From contig JBPCOB010000133.1 of assembly GCA_051000715.1 (NCBI GenBank), forward strand, positions 1 through 44,690: a stretch of 44,690 bases of DNA, read 5' to 3'. The first letter of the stretch is position 1; every line of letters starts with the position of its first letter. Made by a program: the position numbers and the translations under genes. Positions 20,850 to 28,989 of this stretch are shown one piece after another. This stretch comes from Mycobacteriales bacterium. Lineage in GTDB: Bacteria > Actinomycetota > Actinomycetes > JALYNC01. The notes under the pieces are model-generated. The model saw only the letters and a program-made list of their open reading frames with translations. It was not told the DNA's origin and searched no databases.

Positions 20850-21362
20850 ATGATGGAACAAACCGACATCGCCAGACTCGCCTCGATGGCCAACGGACTA
20901 AGACCCGACTGGCCCAACGCCAGCATCTACACGTTCATCGCCCGCAACCTCTCGACCCGCGCCTACCGAGACGTCGCCGTCGCACTCGCCTGGGTCGCCG
21001 CCGACCAGAACACCGACACCCCGGCCCGGATCCTCGAACCCGGCCCCTGGTGGCGGGCAGCGACCGTGGAGAACCCCGGCGGCAACATCGCGCCGAAGCT
21101 CGACGAGACGTGCCCGGTGCATCCGGCGTACCGGGCGAGCAACTGCGGCGGCTGTCGTGCCGACGAGCTCGCTGGCGACGACCGACCCACCCCACCCGAG
21201 CAGCGCCGACCCGACCGGGCCGCCAACATCGCCGGTCTTCGAGCGGCCCTCGCCGGCGCCACCGCCGGGGTCTGCCCCCACGGTGTCGACCCGGCGGCCT
21301 GTGCCGAGCACGACCCCCGCCGGCGCAAGGCAGCACCGGCTGAAGCCGAGGCGGCATCGTGA
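20850..21362 (+). CDS. hypothetical protein (170 aa) with Cys/His cluster
   Basis: ATG 20850 follows GGAG. Frame of ORF 20676..21362. Motifs are CPVHPAYRASNCGGC and CPHGVDPAAC. Confidence 0.6.
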   Translation: MMEQTDIARLASMANGLRPDWPNASIYTFIARNLSTRAYRDVAVALAWVAADQNTDTPARILEPGPWWRAATVENPGGNIAPKLDETCPVHPAYRASNCGGCRADELAGDDRPTPPEQRRPDRAANIAGLRAALAGATAGVCPHGVDPAACAEHDPRRRKAAPAEAEAAS

Positions 21363-21393
21363 CCACCGACCGTACGATGAGCCAAATACCCCC

Positions 21394-21409
21394 ATTGGAT
21401 CGATCCAAT
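21394..21409. promoter_or_regulatory. 16-bp perfect palindrome ATTGGATCGATCCAAT (candidate operator)
   Basis: Self-complementary over all 16 nt. It is intergenic and A/T-enriched relative to its surroundings. It is flanked by the 7-bp inverted repeat CCACCGA / TCGGTGG (about 21364 and 21424). Confidence 0.5.
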
Positions 21410-21522
21410 TCGGCCGCGCAGGCATCGGTGGTACATCCGGACACCTGCGAGGCTGGAAGGCCCTCAGATCGGCGCGACGACCAACGCCCCGAACCCACAA
21501 CCGAGCGCCAGGAGGCGATGGA

Positions 21523-21861
21523 ATGAGCACGTTTCGCAAGAAGCCCGTCGAGATCGAAGCCATGCCCATCGCGGCCGAGACAAAGGAGGAAGACTTCCTC
21601 GACCCGAACTCTCGAAGCATCGCCGAGGCCAGCGGCTGGATGATGAGCAACGGCTTCCGTGCCTTCAAGGTCCACGGCAAGCGCCCGTTCGGCATCGCGA
21701 TCGAGACGCTTGAGGGCGTCATGGTCGCCAGCCCCGGTGACTGGATCATTCGAGGCGTTCAGGGCGAGTTCTACCCCTGCGCGCCGAGCATTTTCGAGGC
21801 GACCTACGAACCCGCCGAGCCCACCGCAACGAGACGTGATGAGCGCGATGAGCGCGGTTGA
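21523..21861 (+). CDS. hypothetical protein (112 aa)
   Basis: ATG 21523 follows CAGGAGG. Frame of ORF 21157..21861. Begins MSTFRKKPVEIEAMP. Confidence 0.6.
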   Translation: MSTFRKKPVEIEAMPIAAETKEEDFLDPNSRSIAEASGWMMSNGFRAFKVHGKRPFGIAIETLEGVMVASPGDWIIRGVQGEFYPCAPSIFEATYEPAEPTATRRDERDERG

Positions 21862-22186
21862 GCGGCTGGAGGCGGTGCTGATGGAGCATGACGTCAGCCG
21901 CGTGCTGACCGCCCAGAATCGCGATACGTGGGAGTGCGACTGTGGCTGGTTCGGAACGGGTCGCGCTCACTTCGCTCACGTCGCCGCAGCGTTGCGTGAG
22001 GCCGGGTACGTGCACCGCGACCAGGTGAAAGCCGAGGCGCTGCGGGAAGCCGGCGACGAGTGGACCCAGGGGCGATGGGCCGATGCGCCCCGACGAGTGG
22101 ATCGGGTACAGGAGCGCATCGCTACCGCGCAACACGTCGGCGACTGGCTCCGCGACCGCGCCGAGCACCTGGGCGGTGAGCGATGA
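21839..22186 (+). CDS. hypothetical protein (115 aa)
   Basis: ATG 21839 (alternatives 21836 GTG, 21848 ATG). Frame of ORF 21659..22186. Overlaps the upstream gene by 23 nt. Confidence 0.55.
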   Translation: MSAMSAVERLEAVLMEHDVSRVLTAQNRDTWECDCGWFGTGRAHFAHVAAALREAGYVHRDQVKAEALREAGDEWTQGRWADAPRRVDRVQERIATAQHVGDWLRDRAEHLGGER

Positions 22187-22359
22187 ACGCCGACCTTCAC
22201 TGTCACGAGGCCGTTGTCCGACACGACATCGAGGAGCCCTGTGACCGTGCAGCCGTGGGCTACAGGCTCGACCCCGAGGAAGGCAACCCGTACCCGGTCT
22301 GCCGACGCCACCATCGGCCGCCGTACTGGCTGACCGCACAGGCCGAGGCGCGACGATGA
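22183..22359 (+). CDS. hypothetical Cys/His-rich protein (58 aa, below the ORF-track length cutoff)
   Basis: My own translation gives MNADLHCHEAVVRHDIEEPCDRAAVGYRLDPEEGNPYPVCRRHHRPPYWLTAQAEARR. ATGA overlaps at both ends. Confidence 0.45.
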   Translation: MNADLHCHEAVVRHDIEEPCDRAAVGYRLDPEEGNPYPVCRRHHRPPYWLTAQAEARR

Positions 22360-22523
22360 GCAACAGCGAGACACCGCTGCGCGATGGTGACGTGCCCGAC
22401 CTGTGCCTGACCAAGGAACAAGCCGAGTTCATTCTCAGGTTTTACGAGCTCGATCCCCGAACGGGTCGCCGGATCGTCCACCGCGGCGTGCTGTCCCGCC
22501 CCAGAGGAGCCAGCGATGAGTAA
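22356..22523 (+). CDS. hypothetical protein (55 aa)
   Basis: My own translation gives MSNSETPLRDGDVPDLCLTKEQAEFILRFYELDPRTGRRIVHRGVLSRPRGASDE. It fills a gap in an otherwise gapless operon. Confidence 0.45.
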   Translation: MSNSETPLRDGDVPDLCLTKEQAEFILRFYELDPRTGRRIVHRGVLSRPRGASDE

Positions 22524-22677
22524 CGGACCCATCGAGCCGGACGCCGACAAGCGGTGGGCCGCCAAGGAGCTGCGGCAGATGTTCCTCGCGCTCACGCAGG
22601 AGGGCTTCACCGAGCAGCAGGCGCTCGTTGTCATCGGCCAGATACTGGCCGCGGGCAACAGAGACGGTGGGCAGTGA
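22516..22677 (+). CDS. hypothetical protein (53 aa)
   Basis: My own translation gives MSNGPIEPDADKRWAAKELRQMFLALTQEGFTEQQALVVIGQILAAGNRDGGQ. Confidence 0.45.
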   Translation: MSNGPIEPDADKRWAAKELRQMFLALTQEGFTEQQALVVIGQILAAGNRDGGQ

Positions 22678-23579
22678 GCGAAGCGCTCTGCCCCTGCGGG
22701 AAGCCGACAGCCGGTGGCTTCCTCTGCGACCGTTGCGTGCACACCCTTGACGTGGCGCTGGCCAACATCGCCGCCTACCACGGCGACCTGGACACCCTGC
22801 GCACCAAACAGGCCCGGTACTCAGTCACTCGGTCCCGGGCATCGGTCGGCCGGACCCAGCCCCTGGTCATCGACGGCCGCTGGGTCGACACGTCCGGCAC
22901 AGGCTCCGAGGTCGAGTACGCCGTCCGCTCCACGGTCGTCGCCTGGACCCGTGTCGTCCTCGACGACTGGCCGCCGCTGAACCAGCTCCACTGTGAAGAC
23001 GGACTCTGCGTCCGCTGCTCGGTGATCCGGCGCCGTAAGCACCCGGCCGACACCATCGCATCCTGCTGCGCCTACCTGCAACGGATGCTCGGCCGTCACC
23101 TCTCCGGCGCGGAGTATGCACCCGAGATGCTCGACGAGATGCTCGACCTGGAACGCAGGCTGCGCCGGCTGGTGGACTCACCACCCGAGCGCTGGTACGC
23201 CGGTGTCTGCGGCTCGGTCACCGACACCGACATCGGTGAGGTTGTCTGCACTCGCGAGCTGTATGCCGACCCGGGCTCACCGTTCGTGCGCTGCGGTGAC
23301 TGCGGCTGCACCTACGATGTGGAAGCTCGGCGTGAGGTCCTGCTTGCTGAGGCGAGAGACCGCCTCGCGACAGTTCGCACCATCGCGCGGATCGTGACCA
23401 CGCTGGGCGAGGTGCGGGCCAGCGAGAAAAGGACCGAGTCACGGATCAACACGTGGGTCCATCGCAGTCAGTTGACGAGGCGAGGACAGCGGGTGGTTGA
23501 TCACAAGCCACGGGCGCTCTACCGCGTGGGCGACGTCCTTGACCTGCTGGCCGAGGACGCACGGGAGGAGTCCGCGTGA
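22674..23579 (+). CDS. multi-zinc-ribbon protein with C-terminal excisionase-like HTH (301 aa), possible regulator
   Basis: GTG 22674 with GTGA overlap. Frame of ORF 22554..23579. Motifs are CPCG..CDRC, CVRC, CGDCGC and a C-terminal ALYRVGDVLDLL. Confidence 0.55.
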   Translation: MSEALCPCGKPTAGGFLCDRCVHTLDVALANIAAYHGDLDTLRTKQARYSVTRSRASVGRTQPLVIDGRWVDTSGTGSEVEYAVRSTVVAWTRVVLDDWPPLNQLHCEDGLCVRCSVIRRRKHPADTIASCCAYLQRMLGRHLSGAEYAPEMLDEMLDLERRLRRLVDSPPERWYAGVCGSVTDTDIGEVVCTRELYADPGSPFVRCGDCGCTYDVEARREVLLAEARDRLATVRTIARIVTTLGEVRASEKRTESRINTWVHRSQLTRRGQRVVDHKPRALYRVGDVLDLLAEDAREESA

Positions 23580-23645
23580 CTTCGATGCCTGGTGTGCTAG
23601 CGTTCGCTGTGACATTGGATTTGCAGTCTGACGACCCCGAAACCC

Positions 23646-23685
23646 GGCCCCGCCTCACACGCCGAGCGGGGCCTCCTGCGTTCTC
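23646..23685 (+). terminator. hairpin terminator candidate at the end of the early operon
   Basis: GGCCCCGC (23646-23653) pairs with GCGGGGCC (23666-23673), with a 12-nt loop, followed by TCCTGCGTTCTC. Confidence 0.45.
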
Positions 23686-23724
23686 GGGACACTACGGGCC
23701 GAGGACGCGACGGGGGAGGATCCG

Positions 23725-24006
23725 TTGGTCGCAGACACCTCACGCAACACCCGCCGGCTGCAACGGATCAAAGCTAACCAGCGGGCCAGGCGGTTGCCGT
23801 GCTGGCTGTGCGGACAACCCATCGACTACGCGCTGCCGGCCGGACACACCGACGCATTCAGCTACGACCACGCGAAGGCATGGAAGCTGCACCCGGAGCT
23901 GCGCGAAGACCCGGACAACGGCAGGTCGGCGCACAAGCGGTGCAACTCGTCGCGCGGACTGCGCGACCCGGCACCCGGGCTCGGCGACGCCGCCGGGCAA
24001 TGGTGA
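23725..24006 (+). CDS. terminase-associated HNH endonuclease
   Basis: ORF 23725..24006 with a TTG start after GGAGGA. Motif is CWLCGQPIDY...SYDHAKAW...NGRSAHKRCNSSRG. It lies immediately upstream of the terminase genes. Confidence 0.7.
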   Translation: MVADTSRNTRRLQRIKANQRARRLPCWLCGQPIDYALPAGHTDAFSYDHAKAWKLHPELREDPDNGRSAHKRCNSSRGLRDPAPGLGDAAGQW

Positions 24007-24151
24007 CCGCCAGAAATATCCAGCAAAAATAAATATGAAAGCCGCCTTGGAATCGCTTCCCTCTCCCTCCAGGCCCCCTACCCCCCATCGTGCGGTGGGA
24101 TTTGACCGTTAGCTGACTCCTGTCGGCCTTGTTGGATGAGGAGGCTGTGCC
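24007..24151. other. probable cos/packaging-recognition region
   Basis: This is the only sizeable non-coding gap between the HNH and small terminase genes. It contains an unusual A/T run (cagaaatatccagcaaaaataaatatgaaag) and C-rich tracts (ccctctccctccaggccccctacccccc). Confidence 0.35.
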
Positions 24152-24448
24152 GTGGGCGACCTCCTGAAGGCTTACGACGCGTCTGTCGAGGCGAGTCGGG
24201 CGGAGGAGCAGGACGAGGCGCTTGTCGAGGCCGGTCGGAGGATCGCTGCTCAGATCGACTACGCGGTCGAGTTCGGTAAGGGCCAGGAGGTGACGAAGGC
24301 TCTGTATCTGACGCCGCATCTGGTGAACATCCTCAAGGAGTTGCTCGCTACACCTGCGGCTCGACTTGCGGCCGAGAAGAACAGTTCGGAGGCCGAGGGT
24401 GGTGGCACGCTCGGCAAGCTCCGTGCGGTCCACGGCGTCAGCAAGTAA
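24152..24448 (+). CDS. terminase small subunit
   Basis: ORF 24152..24448 with a GTG start after GAGGAGG. Supported by position, by size, and by the segment ALYLTPHLVNILKELLATP, which resembles small terminases of actinophages (recollection). Confidence 0.55.
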   Translation: MGDLLKAYDASVEASRAEEQDEALVEAGRRIAAQIDYAVEFGKGQEVTKALYLTPHLVNILKELLATPAARLAAEKNSSEAEGGGTLGKLRAVHGVSK

Positions 24449-26045
24449 GAAGCGGTTCGGCCGTACGACGCCGCGTATTTATACCCCGCCGCTTCGTAGG
24501 CTCACGAAGTGGACGACGCTCGGGCTCGCGGTCATCGAGTTTGCCGAGCAGGTGCTCGGGATCATCTTGCTTCCGTGGCAGAAATGGCTTCTTGTCCATG
24601 CCCTTGAACTGCTTCCGGACGGGACACCTCGGTTCCGTACGGTGATTGTGCTGGTGGCCCGGCAGAACGGCAAGTCGACGCTGTCGATCGTGCTGAGTTT
24701 GTTCTTCATGTACGTGCTTGGTCGCGGCCTGGTGATCGGCACCGCTCAGGATTTAGACGTTGCCGAGGAGATCTGGCAGAACGCGGTCGACCTCGTTGAG
24801 GAGACGCCGGAGCTCAACGCGCTGAAGAAGCGTGTGGTGCAGAAGAATGGCAGCAAGGCGCTTGAACTGAAAACCGGCGAGCGGTACAAGGTCAAGGCCG
24901 CGAACCGCGGTGCCGGCCGGTCCCTGTCGGGTGACCTGATCCTGCTTGACGAGCTGCGCGAGCATCAGTCGTGGGACGCCTGGGCGGCGTTGACGAAAAC
25001 AGCTATGGCTCGCGAGCTGGCGATGATCTGGGCGTTGTCGAACGCCGGGGACGCATCGTCGCTGGTGTTGCGGTATCTGCGGCGGATGGCGCATGCCGCG
25101 GTCGGTGATCCGGATGGGTTGAACGCGGACGAGGATCCTTCGTCGTTGTTGCCGTCGACTGAGGACCTCGACGACGAGGCGCTTGACGCGGATGAGCTTG
25201 AGGTCGCCGAGGATGACTCGCTGGGCATCTTCGAGTGGTCGGCTGAGCCTGGTTGCGCGGTAACGGACCGGGATGGTTGGGCTCAGGCGAACCCGTCGCT
25301 GGGGTACCTGATCAGTGAGCGGACCATTGCGAGTGCGTGCCGGACGGACCCGGAGTGGGTGTTCCGGGTGGAAGTGCTCTGCCAGTGGTCGGAGGGCACG
25401 TTGGAGGGGCCGTTCCCGCCGGGGTCGTGGGAGGCGACGACTGACAACGCGTCGAAGGTTGCTGACGGTGGTCAGATCGTGGTCGGGGTCGACGTTTCGT
25501 GGGATCGGTCGAAGGCCCATATCGCGATCGCCGGGTACCGCGATGACGGTGTGCCGCATGTCGGTGTGGTCGCTTCTCGGGCCGGCGTCGACTGGGTGTT
25601 GCCGTGGCTGCTGGGCCCGGATGCGCCGCCATTCTCCGGTGTGGTGGTGCAGACCAATGGTCCGGCGTCGAGCCTGGTCGAGCCGCTGCGTCGGGCTGGG
25701 CTCAGGGTCGTGGACTGGGCCGGGACAGATCTTGGTCGCGGTACCGGTGCCTTTTACGACTCGGTGCGTTCCCGGAAGGTTCGGCATCGGCCGCAACCGG
25801 TGCTCGACGTCGCTGCGGCTAACGCGTCGGTGAGACCGATGGGCGACGCCTACGTGTGGGATCGGAAGAAGTCGCCGGTCGATGTCGCCCCGCTGGTCGC
25901 GGTAACCGGCGCGCTGTGGGCGCTTGCGTCGGACCAGTTGGTGCCGGATGTCCCATCGCCCGCACCGGTCTTGATCGAGTCAGGTTCCAGCCAAAGCGCC
26001 GACCCGCTCGGGGGTGTCCCCGGGTTCGGTTCGCCGAACTTCTAG
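24399..26045 (+). CDS. terminase large subunit
   Basis: Frame of ORF 24366..26045. GTG 24399/24402 follows GGAGG. Motifs are VLVARQNGKST (Walker A-like), LILLDEL (Walker B-like) and a C-terminal nuclease region. Confidence 0.8.
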   Translation: MVARSASSVRSTASASKKRFGRTTPRIYTPPLRRLTKWTTLGLAVIEFAEQVLGIILLPWQKWLLVHALELLPDGTPRFRTVIVLVARQNGKSTLSIVLSLFFMYVLGRGLVIGTAQDLDVAEEIWQNAVDLVEETPELNALKKRVVQKNGSKALELKTGERYKVKAANRGAGRSLSGDLILLDELREHQSWDAWAALTKTAMARELAMIWALSNAGDASSLVLRYLRRMAHAAVGDPDGLNADEDPSSLLPSTEDLDDEALDADELEVAEDDSLGIFEWSAEPGCAVTDRDGWAQANPSLGYLISERTIASACRTDPEWVFRVEVLCQWSEGTLEGPFPPGSWEATTDNASKVADGGQIVVGVDVSWDRSKAHIAIAGYRDDGVPHVGVVASRAGVDWVLPWLLGPDAPPFSGVVVQTNGPASSLVEPLRRAGLRVVDWAGTDLGRGTGAFYDSVRSRKVRHRPQPVLDVAAANASVRPMGDAYVWDRKKSPVDVAPLVAVTGALWALASDQLVPDVPSPAPVLIESGSSQSADPLGGVPGFGSPNF

Positions 26046-26064
26046 CTGAGAGGGAGGTCGTCTG

Positions 26065-27342
26065 GTGTCGAGCCTTGCCCCGGAGATCCTCCCGGCTCCG
26101 CCGTCTCGTGAAATCGGCCATGCGCAGCCTGGTGTGTGGGAGGACGAGTTCGACAACCCGGAGCTCCGCTTCCCTGCCGCGTACCGGACGTTCGATGAGA
26201 TGCTCCGGCATCCTCAGGTCAACTCGGCTTTCGCATCGGTCATCCTTCCGATTCTGCGGACAACGTGGCGGATCGACGGGACCGGTTGCCGTGAGGAAGT
26301 TGTCCGCCATGTGGCTGCTGACATGTCGCTGCCGATCGTCGGTGAGGGCGACGTGGCGTATGGGTCGGGGTACGCGGAGGAACGGTTCTCGTGGAGCGAG
26401 CACCTCCCGGCGGCAGTACACGGGATGTTTGCCCATGGCCACGCATATTTCGAGCAGAAGGCGGAGTTTGATCCGATCGACGGGCGGTGGCATCTGGTCA
26501 AGCTGGGATATAGGTCGCCTCGTACGATCACGGCGAAGGTCGCCCGGGACGGCGGGCTCATCTCTCTTGAGCAGGACCCGTCCGGTGCGACCGGGATATA
26601 CACCAGCGGTGCCCGGCCGATCTCGTTGCCGCTGCGTCGTGTCGTGGTCTACACCCACGACAAGGTGGGCACGAACTGGCGGGGTCGTTCCATGCTCGTC
26701 CCGGCGTACATGGACTGGCGTACCGACCTACTCAACCGGTCTCAGCAGCGGACCCTCTTCGAGAGGCACGCTTCGCCGTCGCCGGTCTATGAGGCGGCAG
26801 AAAGCGAGTCCAGCCTTGAGGCTGGCAAGAAGGTCGCTACCGACTATCGTTCCGGCCAGTCGTCCGGCGCTGCGATTCCCGCCGGCGCGAAGCTTCACCT
26901 CCCTGGCCTGGAAGGGTCTCTGCCGAACCTGGACCAGGCGCTCGTTCGGAACAGCGAGAACATCGCCCGGGCGTTCCGTGCGCATTTCCTGAACCTGGGG
27001 ACCGCCACCGGCACCGGGTCCTACGCGCTGAGCAACGCCTTGCAGAGCTTTTTCACGCTTACTGTCCAGGGCAACGCCGAAGAGGTCGCCCGCATCGGGT
27101 CGAGGTACGTGGTGCGAGACATCGTGGACTGGAACTGGGGGCCGGCCGAGCGGGCGCCGCGGCTGGTGTTCGACGAGATCGGGTCAAGAAGCGACGCGCT
27201 GATCGAGGCGATCGCAGCGCTCGTCACTGCGGGTGTCCTCCAGCCCGACGAGGCGCTGGAGAAGTACTTGCGCACCACCCTTGGCCTTCCCCCGGCACAC
27301 GGGGGTGCCCCCAATACACCAGCTCAGGAGGTTCCTGCGTGA
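26065..27342 (+). CDS. portal protein
   Basis: ORF 26065..27342 with a GTG start after GGGAGG. Supported by size and by position between terminase and protease. Confidence 0.75.
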   Translation: MSSLAPEILPAPPSREIGHAQPGVWEDEFDNPELRFPAAYRTFDEMLRHPQVNSAFASVILPILRTTWRIDGTGCREEVVRHVAADMSLPIVGEGDVAYGSGYAEERFSWSEHLPAAVHGMFAHGHAYFEQKAEFDPIDGRWHLVKLGYRSPRTITAKVARDGGLISLEQDPSGATGIYTSGARPISLPLRRVVVYTHDKVGTNWRGRSMLVPAYMDWRTDLLNRSQQRTLFERHASPSPVYEAAESESSLEAGKKVATDYRSGQSSGAAIPAGAKLHLPGLEGSLPNLDQALVRNSENIARAFRAHFLNLGTATGTGSYALSNALQSFFTLTVQGNAEEVARIGSRYVVRDIVDWNWGPAERAPRLVFDEIGSRSDALIEAIAALVTAGVLQPDEALEKYLRTTLGLPPAHGGAPNTPAQEVPA

Positions 27343-28541
27343 GCACCCCACTGTTTGACCGGTTCCACTTTCTCGCCCGCGATGGCCAGCATGCGAAGAC
27401 CCCGATCCGCGCAGAGGTCCCATCGGTCAAGACCGACCAGGGCGTGGCGACGCTTCGGCTCTACGACCCCCTAGATTCCTACGGTGGTCCTTTCGGGCTG
27501 TCCGCTAAGGAGTTCGTGGGGGCACTGGACGAGCTGCCTGATAACACGACCGAGATCCGGCTTCTCATCAACAGCCCTGGCGGTGAGGTCTTTCAGGGTA
27601 TTGCAATCTTGAATGCGCTGCGTGCGCATCCCGCTCACGTCGTCGCCGTCGTAGAGGGCATCGCCGCCTCTGCGGCTTCGTTCATCGCTGCTGGTGCCGA
27701 CGAGCTGCTGATGATGCCGAACGCGGAGATTTTCGTGCATGACGCCCTCGGCCTCTGCGTGGGTGATGCCACGGACATGCAGAAGATGGCGGAGGACCTC
27801 GCTCACGTGAGCGGCAACATCGCCAGTGTGTATGCGGCGAGGGCCGGTGGCACCACCGAGAGCTGGCGGGCCGTGATGCTCGCTGAGACGTGGTACTCCG
27901 CCGACGAAGCGGTGTCAGCCGGTCTCGCTGACCGCGTGCTCACCACATCAGGTGGCGACCAGAACGCCACCAAAGATCGCTTCGACCTGTCGATCTTCAA
28001 CCACGTCGGCCGCTCCAAGGCACCGGCACCTATTCTCCCGAGCGCGTCCGCGGTCGGGTCAACCCCCACTCAGGAGAGGAGTCCCGCCGTGGCGTTCAGC
28101 GACGAGGGAACCACCACCATGAGGCAGAAGCTCGGCATCGCCGAGGACGCGGACGAGGCCACCATCCTGGCGGCCCTCGCAGAGGCGCTCGATGAGCGCA
28201 CCGATCCGCCTGCTGCCTCCCCAGACGTGCCCGAGGGCCACGTCGTCATCCCGCAGGCCGCGCTCGCGGACCTGCAGACCAACGCGGCCGCCGGTGCGCA
28301 GGCGGCCGAGACGCTCCGGGTGCAGAACCGGGAGTCGTTCCTGGATGCGAACCGCACCAAGTTCGCGCCCGCGAATCGGGCGGCTTGGGCGAAGGAGTTT
28401 GACCGTGACCCGGTCAACACCGCCAAGCACTTCGAGGCTGCCCCGGAGATCATGCCGGTCGGCGAGCTCGGGTTCGACGCTGAGCCCACCGACTCCGAGG
28501 ACGTCACCGAGTCCGCGGCCTACAAGAATTGGAGCATGTGA
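27339..28541 (+). CDS. capsid maturation protease (ClpP/S49-type) fused to scaffold-like C-terminal region
   Basis: Motifs are LLINSPGGEVFQGIAILNAL, VEGIAASAASFIAAGADE and MMPNAEIFVHD. The C-terminal half is helical and Ala/Glu-rich. Confidence 0.8.
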   Translation: MSTPLFDRFHFLARDGQHAKTPIRAEVPSVKTDQGVATLRLYDPLDSYGGPFGLSAKEFVGALDELPDNTTEIRLLINSPGGEVFQGIAILNALRAHPAHVVAVVEGIAASAASFIAAGADELLMMPNAEIFVHDALGLCVGDATDMQKMAEDLAHVSGNIASVYAARAGGTTESWRAVMLAETWYSADEAVSAGLADRVLTTSGGDQNATKDRFDLSIFNHVGRSKAPAPILPSASAVGSTPTQERSPAVAFSDEGTTTMRQKLGIAEDADEATILAALAEALDERTDPPAASPDVPEGHVVIPQAALADLQTNAAAGAQAAETLRVQNRESFLDANRTKFAPANRAAWAKEFDRDPVNTAKHFEAAPEIMPVGELGFDAEPTDSEDVTESAAYKNWSM

Positions 28542-28978
28542 TGGCTGCCATCCCGCAGGTTCGCAAGACCGGACCTCGTACCTACGTGCCGGCTGAGCAG
28601 ATCTTGGGCGGCCAAGTCGTGGAGGCCCGTGCTGCGTCTCGGGTCGGCGTGGCTGCCGCCGGGAGCCTGAAGGTGCTCGGCGTCGCCGTTACCGACGGCA
28701 TCAACCCGGAGGCGTTCGTCGGTACCTCGACTGTCGTCAACGGGCTGCCGACGCTCAACGCTGTGCAGCTGCCTGGTCACGTGGTGGTCGCGGATTCCGG
28801 CATCGAGGTGCCGGTGACGTACGCGGCCGCTGCTGCGTTCGGCGATCGGCTCATCGCGGGGGCCGCCGGCACCGTCACACCCGCCGGGCTGACCCCGGAC
28901 GCCCGCAGCGTCGTCGGGATCTGTTCTGAGCCCAACGGTGTCGCCATCAACGCCACCGGCCTCGTCCGGACACTCTGA
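28541..28978 (+). CDS. head decoration-like protein
   Basis: ATG 28541 follows GGAG (the ORF-track start is 28529). It is Gly/Val/Ala-rich, about 145 aa, and lies between protease and capsid. Confidence 0.5.
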   Translation: MAAIPQVRKTGPRTYVPAEQILGGQVVEARAASRVGVAAAGSLKVLGVAVTDGINPEAFVGTSTVVNGLPTLNAVQLPGHVVVADSGIEVPVTYAAAAAFGDRLIAGAAGTVTPAGLTPDARSVVGICSEPNGVAINATGLVRTL

Positions 28979-28989
28979 GAGGAAACGAC

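Noticed and set aside
23576-24112. 178-aa ORF overlapping the terminase-associated HNH and the cos-region gap.
   Set aside because: It is out of frame with the clear HNH motif gene, runs across a terminator hairpin, and has Arg/Pro/Thr-rich composition typical of a wrong frame.
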